Below are positions 39,310 through 48,633 of a stretch of DNA of 64,000 nucleotides, piece after piece. The translations under genes and the position numbers were made by a program. The notes under the pieces are model-generated. The model saw nothing but the letters and a program-made list of their open reading frames with translations, was not told the origin of the DNA and did not search any database. Source of the stretch: an uncultured Candidatus Actinomarina sp. (lineage in GTDB: Bacteria > Actinomycetota > Acidimicrobiia > Actinomarinales > Actinomarinaceae); assembly GCA_902596545.1 (NCBI GenBank), contig CACJUH010000001.1, positions 6,858 through 70,857 of the forward strand, given 5' to 3'. Position 1 is the first letter of the stretch. The number at the start of each line of letters is the position of its first letter.

Positions 39310-39611
39310 TTGTCCAACCTGTGTTAGTGGTAGCAGCTGCTTTATTTTCATTAGGCATTTATGGAATCTTAGTTAGAAGAAATGCTGTAATGGTTCTCTT
39401 ATCTATTGAACTAATTCTTAACTCTGTAAATATAAATTTCATTATGTTTGATACAATGCTCGCTGATGTTTTAATGCAGGGACAAATTTTTACAATATTT
39501 ATTATCACAATTGCAGCAGCTGAGGTTGGTATAGGACTAGCGATTGTACTCATGTTATTTAGAAACAGACAAACAGCTAATATAAACGAATTTGATTTGA
39601 TGAAATGGTAA
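39306..39611 (+). CDS. nuoK: Complex I-like subunit K (cluster 2)
   Basis: RRNA, IELILNSVN, AAAEVGIGLA. Confidence 0.95.
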   Translation: MIVQPVLVVAAALFSLGIYGILVRRNAVMVLLSIELILNSVNINFIMFDTMLADVLMQGQIFTIFIITIAAAEVGIGLAIVLMLFRNRQTANINEFDLMKW

Positions 39612-41620
39612 ATTTTAAACCCACTGTTTTTGCTGAAGGTGAATTAGTTTACACCGACGGGGGAATCTTAGCTGAATATGCTTGGTTATTAGTAGTGTTG
39701 CCATTTGTAGCTGCATTAGTGATAACTTTTACAGGTAAATATTTGCCTTTGAAGGGAGCAGAAGTAGCTCTAACTACTATTGGAGTAATATTTTTGTACA
39801 GTGCCGCACTTATGTACCTTCACATTACAGGTGGTGTTGTAAATGAATTTTTTATAAATGTTGGAAGTATTGGTGTATTTGACATTGAGTTTGGCTGGGT
39901 AGTCGACGGACTTTCAATAATGATGTATTTTGTTGTTGGAACAGTTGCATTACTTGTTTTCATTTACGCAACAAATTATATGGAAGGTGAAATTAGATAT
40001 ACTTTTTTCTTTACATCATTAACTCTTTTTGCTGGAAGCATGTTAGTTTTAGTATCTTCTCCAACTCTTATTCAAATATTAATTGGATGGGAACTCGTTG
40101 GAGTTTGTTCTTACTTATTAATAGGTCACTACTGGGAGAAAAAAGATAATTCTTCTGCAGCCATGAAAGCTTTTATTACAAACAAAATAGCTGATGTAGG
40201 TTTGATGATTGGAATAATTATTTTAGCTTTAAACACTGGAACATTAAGAATTTCTGAAATTCTTTATCAGTCAACACATAATTATGAAAAGTTATCAACT
40301 GTTGCATTTGTTGCTGCAATTTTATTATTTATTGGTGCGATGGGCAAGAGTGCTCAATTTCCATTACATGTTTGGTTGCCTGATGCTATGGCTGGTCCAA
40401 CACCTGTCTCTGCACTTATGCATGCAGCAACAATGGTCACAGCAGGTGTCTATTTATTAGCAAGAATGTTTCCATTTTATAAAGCAATGGCACCAGAAGC
40501 ATTAGATGTTGTGATGCTTTTCGGTGTAATCACTTTATTAGCTGCTGGATTAATTGCTGTTGTTCAAGATGATCTAAAAAAGGTCCTTGCATACTCAACA
40601 GTGAGTCAGTTGGGATACATGGTTGCTGCAATTGGTTCAGGTGCATATACCGCTGCATTATTTCATTTATGGACACATGCATTTTTCAAAGCTCTATTGT
40701 TTTTGGGAGCAGGTTCTGTTATTCACGCTGTTCACAGCAATAGTATGTTGGAAATGGGTGGCCTAAGAAAAGTCATGCCAAAGACTTTTGCTACATTCAT
40801 AATAGGAACAGTTGCTTTGGCTGGACTTCCACCATTTGCAGGTTTCTTCTCAAAAGATGAAATTCTTGCTTCATTTAACCATGAAGGTGAAACAACTTTC
40901 TTTTTTATAGCAGTTCTAGGTGCATTTATAACAGCATTTTATATGACTCGAGCTGTATCTTTAACGTTCCTTGGAGAGTATAGAGGCCATGGCCATCCCC
41001 ACGAATCTCACAACCTCATGACAACACCACTTCTAACTCTGTCTGTCTTTGCAATAGCCTCAGGTTGGGTAAATATTCCAGGAGTGTACACAGGATTTAC
41101 AGACTGGGTTACAACTAGGAAGAATAAAATTGTTGAATACCATCCGGAAAGCTTTGACTTATTTGCACTATCAAGTGGCTTACTAGCTGGTTTGCTTGGC
41201 ATCGGACTTGGATATTATTTTTATCAACTACAAGGAAGTGCGGAAACAGGTGATGATAAAATTAAAATTCAACCTATCTGGTCAGTTCTTGAAAACAAAT
41301 ATTATTTAGATCACTTTTATTTCAAGTTTGTAATCGATCCAGTAAAAATTAACATTTCCAAAGCAGTAGATAAATTTAACACAAATGTAATTGATAGATT
41401 TGTAAATGGTTTTGGACAAGTTGCTTCCTTAATGGGTGGTGTTGTGTACAATAATTTTGATCAAAACGGAATTGATAAATTGTTGAACATGTCTTCAACT
41501 GGAACTGATAATTTTGGCGGTAAGGTCAAATTATTACAAACAGGCAAGACACAACAATATTTAATGCTGTTTTTAGGTGGCGTAGTGACAATTAGTTTAT
41601 TAATTTTATTTATAATATAG
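39605..41620 (+). CDS. nuoL: Complex I-like subunit L (cluster 2)
   Basis: GWELVG, GKSAQFPLHVWLPDAMAGPTP, HAFFKALLFL, C-terminal QTG..Q.Y. Confidence 0.95.
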   Translation: MVNFKPTVFAEGELVYTDGGILAEYAWLLVVLPFVAALVITFTGKYLPLKGAEVALTTIGVIFLYSAALMYLHITGGVVNEFFINVGSIGVFDIEFGWVVDGLSIMMYFVVGTVALLVFIYATNYMEGEIRYTFFFTSLTLFAGSMLVLVSSPTLIQILIGWELVGVCSYLLIGHYWEKKDNSSAAMKAFITNKIADVGLMIGIIILALNTGTLRISEILYQSTHNYEKLSTVAFVAAILLFIGAMGKSAQFPLHVWLPDAMAGPTPVSALMHAATMVTAGVYLLARMFPFYKAMAPEALDVVMLFGVITLLAAGLIAVVQDDLKKVLAYSTVSQLGYMVAAIGSGAYTAALFHLWTHAFFKALLFLGAGSVIHAVHSNSMLEMGGLRKVMPKTFATFIIGTVALAGLPPFAGFFSKDEILASFNHEGETTFFFIAVLGAFITAFYMTRAVSLTFLGEYRGHGHPHESHNLMTTPLLTLSVFAIASGWVNIPGVYTGFTDWVTTRKNKIVEYHPESFDLFALSSGLLAGLLGIGLGYYFYQLQGSAETGDDKIKIQPIWSVLENKYYLDHFYFKFVIDPVKINISKAVDKFNTNVIDRFVNGFGQVASLMGGVVYNNFDQNGIDKLLNMSSTGTDNFGGKVKLLQTGKTQQYLMLFLGGVVTISLLILFII

Positions 41621-41630
41621 GAGGGGAAAA

Positions 41631-43199
41631 GTGGAATTATTAACAAATGGTGTGGGGCTTTCTGTAGTAGTCTTCTTTCCTTTAATTAGTGCATTTATAA
41701 TTACCTTGATACCAAAAGCTCAGGAACAATTAATTAAAGGGTTTGCATTAGTCTCTTCACTAATCACTTTTGTTTTAAGTGCAGTCTTACTTTTTCAATT
41801 TGATTTTTCCTCAGCCGACAAACTCCAACTTGGTAATAAGATATCGTGGATTAAAAGTATAAATGCAAATTATGAAATAGGTATAGACGGCATATCCCTT
41901 CCCCTTTTAGTGTTATCAACATTTATTACAGTGCTAGCAATAATTTATTCTATAGAACATTTACCTGAGCCAAAAAGCCCTAAAGGCTTTTTAGCTTTAA
42001 TACTTGTTCTTGAAACAGGAATGAATGGAACATTTGTCGCATTAGATTTGATTCTTTTCTTCGTATTTTTTGAAATTGTATTATTGCCTATGTACTTTAT
42101 GATCGGAATATGGGGTGATAAGACTGTAAGGACTGTATCTGGATTTAAAAATCAAATAGAGACAAGACTTTATGCAAGTATCAAGTTTTTTGTTTTCACT
42201 CTATTTGGATCGGCTTTTATGCTTCTTGGTTTTTTGGGGCTTTATTATCGTGGAAATAAAACATTTAGTATTCCTGAGTTAATTGAACTGGGAACCTCAG
42301 GCGCATTTACAGGAACATTTGCAACGCTGGTATTTGCAGTATTATTTTTGGGATTTGCTGTAAAAGTCCCAATGTGGCCTCTTCATACATGGCTTCCAGA
42401 TGCACATACAGCAGCTCCAACTGTTGGTTCAGTATTACTGGCTGCAATTCTATTGAAGCTTGGATCATACGGTTTTGTTAGAATTGCAATACCTATACTT
42501 CCAGAGCAGGCAAAAGCATGGGCTCCAGCAATAGCTATTCTTTCGGCAATCGGAATTATATATGGATCTTTGGCTTGCCTTGCGCAAACAGATTTAAAGA
42601 GACTCATTGCATTTTCATCAGTTGGTCATATGGGATTTGTTATGTTAGGGATAGCTTCTCTTACACCTATAGGAATCAATGCGGCAATGATAGGAATGGT
42701 CGCGCACGGTGTAATCACTGGACTGTTGTTCTTCTTGTCAGGCTCTATGGCACATACTTACCACACAAGAGATATGGGAAGACTAGGAGGAAACATGAAG
42801 TTACTTCCAAAAACGGGTGCATTGCTTGGGTTTACTGCGATGGCGTCATTAGGTCTTCCTGGTCTTGCTGGATTTTGGGGAGAATTCATGGCTTTATTAG
42901 GAGCTTACAATCCACTAGATGGTTTAAATATAACTGTATTTAGAACCTCAATGGTTGCTGGAGCTATTGGAACTGTCTTAACTGCAGGTTATTTACTTTG
43001 GATGTTACAAAGAGTTAATTTAGGAGAACCATCAGATGAATGGATAGACAAAGACCTTCATGATGCAGACATTTATGAACTTTCAGCATGGATTCCACTA
43101 GTTGTTTTAACAGTATTAATTGGGGTATTTCCTAAATTAATATTTGGTGCAACAAATGATGCAGTTATAGCAATGCTATCCAAAGCCTTTGGGGGTTAA
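41631..43199 (+). CDS. nuoM: Complex I-like subunit M (cluster 2)
   Basis: FFEIVLLPMY, PLHTWLPDAHTAAPT, SSVGHMG, GLPGLAGFWGE; SD AGGAGG. Confidence 0.95.
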   Translation: MELLTNGVGLSVVVFFPLISAFIITLIPKAQEQLIKGFALVSSLITFVLSAVLLFQFDFSSADKLQLGNKISWIKSINANYEIGIDGISLPLLVLSTFITVLAIIYSIEHLPEPKSPKGFLALILVLETGMNGTFVALDLILFFVFFEIVLLPMYFMIGIWGDKTVRTVSGFKNQIETRLYASIKFFVFTLFGSAFMLLGFLGLYYRGNKTFSIPELIELGTSGAFTGTFATLVFAVLFLGFAVKVPMWPLHTWLPDAHTAAPTVGSVLLAAILLKLGSYGFVRIAIPILPEQAKAWAPAIAILSAIGIIYGSLACLAQTDLKRLIAFSSVGHMGFVMLGIASLTPIGINAAMIGMVAHGVITGLLFFLSGSMAHTYHTRDMGRLGGNMKLLPKTGALLGFTAMASLGLPGLAGFWGEFMALLGAYNPLDGLNITVFRTSMVAGAIGTVLTAGYLLWMLQRVNLGEPSDEWIDKDLHDADIYELSAWIPLVVLTVLIGVFPKLIFGATNDAVIAMLSKAFGG

Positions 43200-43201
43200 A
43201 A

Positions 43202-44680
43202 ATTTCTATAAATTATTTTGCAATATCTACTGAACTTATTGTAGTTTTTACCATAGTTGGAACACTAATTCTTGATTTGATTCTTCCAAGAAAATCAAAA
43301 TATTATGTAGCTGCTTTTGCACTTCTTGGAACTTTATTTTCTTTGGCACCTTTAGTAATTCAATGGGCAAATTATACGTCACCTATATATGCTTTTGAAA
43401 ATAGCTTTGTCGTTGATAAATTTTCAATTATTTTAAAAGGACTATTTATACTAATTACTTATTTAACCTTCCTTCTCTCAATCAACTTCATTGAAAGCGA
43501 TAAGTATTACCAAGGAGAATATTATTACCTATTATTAAGTTCTCTATTAGGCGCACTAATTGTCAGCTCTTCTAGGGATTTGTTAACCATATTTATTGGT
43601 ATTGAACTTGCTTCTACTCCGATGTTTTTACTTTCTGGATGGAAAAAAGGTGATCGAAAATCAAATGAGGGTGCAATTAAATTTTTTCTATTAGGCGTAT
43701 TATCAGCTTCCCTTATATTGTATGGATTTTCGCTTCTGTATGGTCTTTCAGGCAAACTCGTTTTTTCTGAGATCTCTTCACATTTGCTTAGTGCATCACT
43801 TGCTAATTCTCCAGTAGTATTACTGAGTGCAATATTAGTAATATCTGGAATTGGATTTAAGATTTCCGTAGTTCCTTTTCATTCATGGGCACCAGACACA
43901 TACGAGGGAGCACCCTTACCTGTAACTGCATATCTATCTGTTAGTTCAAAAGCAACTGGTTTTGTTGCTCTCATTATTTTATTAACCAAAGTTTTTGCAG
44001 GATCAGGATCAAGCTGGGGAATAATTCTTGTGATTATCTCAGGCTTGACTATGACACTTGGTAATTTGGTCGCATTGCAACAAAATAACCCAGTTAGACT
44101 TTTAGCTTATTCATCTATTTCACAAGCTGGTTTTATATTAGCCCCAATTGCAATATCTGGAATTACCGGGGATTATCAAGATGGAATTTTTGCAAGTGTT
44201 ACTTATCTGATTATTTACGCATTTATGAATTTAGGAGCATTCTTGTCCGTGCATCTTTTTAGTAATTATGCCGGATCAACAAACTTCTATGAGTGGGGAG
44301 GGGTTGCGAGAAAATCACCTTTAGCCGGAGTCTTAACAACAGTCTTCTTTTTCTCGCTTGCAGGAATACCTCCTTTAGGTGGTTGGTTTGCAAAGTTTGT
44401 AGTATTTAGAAGCTTATTAGGCTCTGCAAATTCAATTGGAATTGCTCTCGGAGTTGTTGGTGCAATAAATGCTGTTATTGCCTTAGTTTATTATGCGAGA
44501 ATATCAAAAGTTATATGGATGGATGAACCTAAATCTATCAATGAGGAGAAAATTTTTCAATTTGAAAACCCTCTTAAAGTGGTTGGTGTATTCACTGTTC
44601 TCATAACATTCGTTTCTGGAATTTTTCCAGGGATTTTCAGTTATCTTGGAGAAGTATCCTCGATATTTTTTGGCAATTAA
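43202..44680 (+). CDS. nuoN: Complex I-like subunit N (cluster 2); start probably a non-canonical ATT at 43202 (ORF track gives 43277)
   Basis: EGAIKFFLLG, FKISVVPFHSWAPDTYEGAP, LAGIPPLGGW; frame is open upstream and encodes a typical first TM helix. Confidence 0.93.
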   Translation: MSINYFAISTELIVVFTIVGTLILDLILPRKSKYYVAAFALLGTLFSLAPLVIQWANYTSPIYAFENSFVVDKFSIILKGLFILITYLTFLLSINFIESDKYYQGEYYYLLLSSLLGALIVSSSRDLLTIFIGIELASTPMFLLSGWKKGDRKSNEGAIKFFLLGVLSASLILYGFSLLYGLSGKLVFSEISSHLLSASLANSPVVLLSAILVISGIGFKISVVPFHSWAPDTYEGAPLPVTAYLSVSSKATGFVALIILLTKVFAGSGSSWGIILVIISGLTMTLGNLVALQQNNPVRLLAYSSISQAGFILAPIAISGITGDYQDGIFASVTYLIIYAFMNLGAFLSVHLFSNYAGSTNFYEWGGVARKSPLAGVLTTVFFFSLAGIPPLGGWFAKFVVFRSLLGSANSIGIALGVVGAINAVIALVYYARISKVIWMDEPKSINEEKIFQFENPLKVVGVFTVLITFVSGIFPGIFSYLGEVSSIFFGN

Positions 44681-44683
44681 GAT

Positions 44684-45700
44684 TTGCCGAAACAAAACTT
44701 TTTCTCTTATTTACATGACAAATATGACACAGAATTTATATATTTCGACACTTTTATGGAGGAAGCTTTATATTCGGATCTAGGATTTTTTAATACTGAT
44801 CAAGTAAGGTCTGATAAAGAAGGCGATTTTTTAACATCTCCAGAAGTTTCTAAATATTTTGGAAAAATAATACGAAATTGGATCCATTCTGAAAGTAATT
44901 TAAAAAATATTATTGAAATAGGTTCTGGAACAGGTTCCTTGATTGAACAAATAGGAATAAAAGAAATTACTGCAGTTGAACTGTCTTCTACTGCAAGAGA
45001 AGAATTAATTAAAAAAGGGATAGACACACATGCAACTATTGATGAATTGACAACTAAAACTTCTGATTTAATTTTTGGAAATGAAATATTAGACAATATC
45101 CCATGCTCTATTGGATTATATAAAGATGAAGGTTGGTATGAAAAAGTAGTGTTATTAGAGGAGAACTCACTGGCATATGGCTTAAGACCTATCAGAAATA
45201 AAGAACTTGATTGGATAAATAAAAATAATATAGTTCCGAATGAAGATTATGAGTTCGAGATTCAAGTCAATATTGATAAATTTTTAAATTCAGTCATCAA
45301 AAAAATCAATCCGGGAAAAATATTACTTTTTGATTATGGTTATGAACAAAAAAACAGGGACAAGAGAATGTATAGTTCATTGTTAAGAACATACAAAAAT
45401 CATCATCTATCTGTTGATCCTATTGATGATCCAGGAAATACTGACATTACTTACGACGTAAACTTCTCATCTATATCTAGTGAGCTTAAATACCTTGGTT
45501 ATGATGTAACTTTAAAATTACAAAGAGATTTTTTACTTGATAATGGATTCAATATATTTTTTGATGAGCTGCAAGAAAAGTATATAGCTGCTGAAGGAAT
45601 TGAGAAATTAAAGATTAATTCCGAGTTGAATGGGATGAAAGCAATTGTTGATTCAAATGGCTTAGGAGGCTTTTACTGCCTAATTGCAGAAAAGTTATAA
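44684..45700 (+). CDS. SAM-dependent methyltransferase, NDUFAF7/MidA (DUF185) family
   Basis: F..FME.ALY...GF, GDFLTSPEVS..FG, EIGSGTG, NEILDNIP, FDYG, PG..DIT.DVNF. Confidence 0.9.
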   Translation: MPKQNFFSYLHDKYDTEFIYFDTFMEEALYSDLGFFNTDQVRSDKEGDFLTSPEVSKYFGKIIRNWIHSESNLKNIIEIGSGTGSLIEQIGIKEITAVELSSTAREELIKKGIDTHATIDELTTKTSDLIFGNEILDNIPCSIGLYKDEGWYEKVVLLEENSLAYGLRPIRNKELDWINKNNIVPNEDYEFEIQVNIDKFLNSVIKKINPGKILLFDYGYEQKNRDKRMYSSLLRTYKNHHLSVDPIDDPGNTDITYDVNFSSISSELKYLGYDVTLKLQRDFLLDNGFNIFFDELQEKYIAAEGIEKLKINSELNGMKAIVDSNGLGGFYCLIAEKL

Positions 45701-45724
45701 ATTTAAAGTTTTTATAATTAAATT

Positions 45725-46561
45725 ATGAATTTTGTAAAGACCACAGCCCTTCTAACACTAATGACTTTAGTTGTAATGTTCTCTGCTACAGCTTTTGGTT
45801 TTGATCTCGTCTCAGCACTTTTTTTTGCTTTAATTTTTAATGGATTCATCTATTTTTTTTCAGGAAATTTAGCTATTAAATCAACTCGTGCTCAGCCAAT
45901 AAAAGATGGAGAATTTAATGAAGTAACTCAAATTATTTCTCACCTAACGCAAAAAGAAAAAATGCCAATGCCAGAACTGTATGTTATTAATAGTGATCAA
46001 CCAAATGCATTTGCAACAGGTAGAAATCCAAAAAACGCAAAAGTTGCAGTAACTACAGGTATAATAAACCTCCTTAATAGAGATGAGTTAGAAGGCGTTT
46101 TGGCCCATGAATTGTCACATATAAAAAACAGAGATATTTTAGTATCTAGCATTGCTGCAATGTTGGCAGCTGCAGTTTCTTTTATGTCCAGGATGGCTTT
46201 TTGGGGTGGTGGAAACAGAAATAGAAACACACATCCTGCAATAATAATTTTGGCATTTATTGCAGCTCCTATAGCTTCTTTAATCATAAGAATGGCAATA
46301 TCGAGAACTAGAGAATTCGGTGCTGACAAAACTGGTGCAGAAATCTCGGGTAACCCATTAGCTTTAGCATCAGCTCTAGAAAAAATTGAGCGATACTCAA
46401 AAGTTCCGATGAATGTAAACCCTGCAGTTAGTCAACTTTTTATATCTGATCCATTAAAAGCTTTTTCTGGGAATAGTTTTAGTAAATTATTTTCAACTCA
46501 TCCGCCAACGATTGAAAGAGTAAGAAGATTAAGGCAAACTCAAAGTGGAATTAGGTATTAA
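45725..46561 (+). CDS. htpX: Zinc metalloprotease HtpX (M48)
   Basis: PNAFATGRNP, HELSH, ISRTREFGAD, FSTHPP. Confidence 0.93.
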   Translation: MNFVKTTALLTLMTLVVMFSATAFGFDLVSALFFALIFNGFIYFFSGNLAIKSTRAQPIKDGEFNEVTQIISHLTQKEKMPMPELYVINSDQPNAFATGRNPKNAKVAVTTGIINLLNRDELEGVLAHELSHIKNRDILVSSIAAMLAAAVSFMSRMAFWGGGNRNRNTHPAIIILAFIAAPIASLIIRMAISRTREFGADKTGAEISGNPLALASALEKIERYSKVPMNVNPAVSQLFISDPLKAFSGNSFSKLFSTHPPTIERVRRLRQTQSGIRY

Positions 46562-46895
46562 TAGCACTCCATCGGTTCAACCAAATGAGGTTGAAAATTT
46601 CATTCAAGAAGGATGTGTCCTTGTTGATGTCAGGGAAATAGATGAATGGACATCTGGCCACCACGTAAATGCTATTCATATTCCAATGGGAGAAATAATG
46701 GAGAATATGAATAGTTTTCACCAAAATGAAAAATATATATTTGTATGTCGTTCTGGTTCAAGATCAGCCAGGGTGACTAACTATATGATTTCACAAGACA
46801 TAGAAGCTTATAACATGTCTGGTGGAATGAAAGAGTTAAGAAACTTTACTAAAAAAATTTATGACTCAGAAGGCAATCCAGGACAAATCATTTAA
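46545..46895 (+). CDS. Single-domain rhodanese/sulfurtransferase
   Basis: LVDVRE.DEW..GH...AIHIP, active-site CRSGSRS, GG. Confidence 0.88.
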   Translation: MELGINSTPSVQPNEVENFIQEGCVLVDVREIDEWTSGHHVNAIHIPMGEIMENMNSFHQNEKYIFVCRSGSRSARVTNYMISQDIEAYNMSGGMKELRNFTKKIYDSEGNPGQII

Positions 46896-46904
46896 ACTTT
46901 ATTT

Positions 46905-47861
46905 GTGATTATTTGTATTGGAAATGCTTTAGTCGATTCTTTAGAACAAATTGAAGAATTTGTTATCGATGAATTAAATTTAAACAAAGCAAGAATGACT
47001 TTAGTAGATAAAGAACGTTCGAATTTTCTTCTTCAAAATATGAAAAATCCAATTTACGAAGCGGGAGGTTCTGCAGCCAATACAGCGTATTGGATCTCAC
47101 AATTGGGCGGCAATGCTGGATTTATAGGAAAAATCTCAAATGATGATTTAGGTAAACAATTTAAGTTAAGTTTAAAAGATTCTGGCCTGAATGATTATAC
47201 AGTTTTTGAAAGTGAAGATAATCAAACTGGATTATGTGCAATCTTTATTACACCTGATGGTGAAAGAACAATGAACACTTATCTTGGAGCTGGTGAGCAT
47301 CTCTCAGTTGATGACTTACACATTGATGCAATTAAAGAAGCAAAAATTTTATATATGGAAGGTTACTTATGGGATAAACCTTCAAGTAAATCTGCTTTCT
47401 TAAATGCTGCAAAGATCAATAAAGAATCTGGAGGTCTAAATTCAATAAGTCTATCAGATGTATTTTGTGTTGAGATGCATCGAGATAGTTTTATAAGTTT
47501 TATTGCAGATGATATTGATTATGTATTTTGTAATGAAGATGAATTAAATTCTCTAACTCTTCAGAGTTCTACAAATGAATCATTTAAATATTTTGAAGAA
47601 AAATTTCCTAAAGTTAAAGAATTAATTTGTACTTTAGGATCAGAGGGAGCGGTAATTTTAAAGAATGGTGAAAGACATTCTTTTGAAGCAACCGAAGCAA
47701 GAGTTGTTGATAAGACTGGCGCAGGCGACTTTTTTGCAGCAGGATATCTCTATGGCTTACAAAAGGATCTTTCTGTTGATAAGTCAGCAAACTTTGCTAA
47801 TAAAAGTGCTGCACATGTTATTAGTGAGATTGGTGTAAGGCCTAAAAGAAAATTTAATTAA
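46905..47861 (+). CDS. PfkB-family sugar/nucleoside kinase (adenosine kinase-like)
   Basis: GNALVD, GGSAANT, ERTMNTYLGA, EGYLWD, DKTGAGDFFAAG. Confidence 0.88.
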   Translation: MIICIGNALVDSLEQIEEFVIDELNLNKARMTLVDKERSNFLLQNMKNPIYEAGGSAANTAYWISQLGGNAGFIGKISNDDLGKQFKLSLKDSGLNDYTVFESEDNQTGLCAIFITPDGERTMNTYLGAGEHLSVDDLHIDAIKEAKILYMEGYLWDKPSSKSAFLNAAKINKESGGLNSISLSDVFCVEMHRDSFISFIADDIDYVFCNEDELNSLTLQSSTNESFKYFEEKFPKVKELICTLGSEGAVILKNGERHSFEATEARVVDKTGAGDFFAAGYLYGLQKDLSVDKSANFANKSAAHVISEIGVRPKRKFN

Positions 47862-48628
47862 TCAGTCCAACCTATTAAATTTTGTATTTCTCTTTCTTCA
47901 TCATCAAAAATTTTCAAATTTACTTCTGAAAATTGTATTATTCCTGGTTTGGATTTATTATTTTTGGAAAAAATTATAAAATTTTCTTCCGAGTCTAATG
48001 CTGCAATATAGTCACCACTTGGTGACCAATGAAGAGACTCAAAGTAATAGTTGGTGGGTGCTTTCGATTTGAAAACTTCTATATTTTCCATTCTATTTGC
48101 ATAGTAGACTCCAATTACCCTTGAGCTATAATCAGACGTGTCCCATGGGTCAATTAGTTTTTCACCATATACATTCATCCTATTTCTGTCTTCAGAGTAA
48201 AAATTTGGTTGCTGTACCTTATCAACTACTTTTTTTGTCTCTATATTTATTATTAGCCCCATTTCGTCACCTGATGATTCATCCCAGTATCTGAGTAAGA
48301 TATTTTCATCTTCAAAGATTTCGGTATCGTAAAAGTAAATATCATATGACATGTCGTAAAGGTCGCTACTACAAATTATTTTTTCTTCTTTAAATGAATT
48401 AGCTTCAAGGTCAATTGATAAAATACATTCGTCCATAATATCTGGTGCGGGAGGAATTAAATTTTGACTTTGAACCTGAACATGATAAATTAATTTTCCT
48501 TTGAGTCCTTCTTCATTCTCTAAGATTTCATATTCTGGTAAAGGCACGACTCCAAATATAGCAACAATGATTGTAGTTATAAGAAGTATTCCAAGTGATA
48601 GGAATAAAGGAGTATTTTTTTGCTTCAT
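47858..48628 (-). CDS. Hypothetical membrane-anchored protein (acidic, beta-propeller-like C-terminus)
   Basis: N-terminal TM; WSPSGDYIA resembles a PD40/TolB-type repeat. Confidence 0.55.
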   Translation of the reverse strand: MKQKNTPLFLSLGILLITTIIVAIFGVVPLPEYEILENEEGLKGKLIYHVQVQSQNLIPPAPDIMDECILSIDLEANSFKEEKIICSSDLYDMSYDIYFYDTEIFEDENILLRYWDESSGDEMGLIINIETKKVVDKVQQPNFYSEDRNRMNVYGEKLIDPWDTSDYSSRVIGVYYANRMENIEVFKSKAPTNYYFESLHWSPSGDYIAALDSEENFIIFSKNNKSKPGIIQFSEVNLKIFDDEEREIQNLIGWTD

Positions 48629-48633
48629 ATTTT

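Noticed and set aside
6220-44680. Two nuo clusters as a recent duplication or assembly artefact
   Set aside because: The paralogues differ greatly in sequence, gene content and indels, which indicates ancient paralogy.
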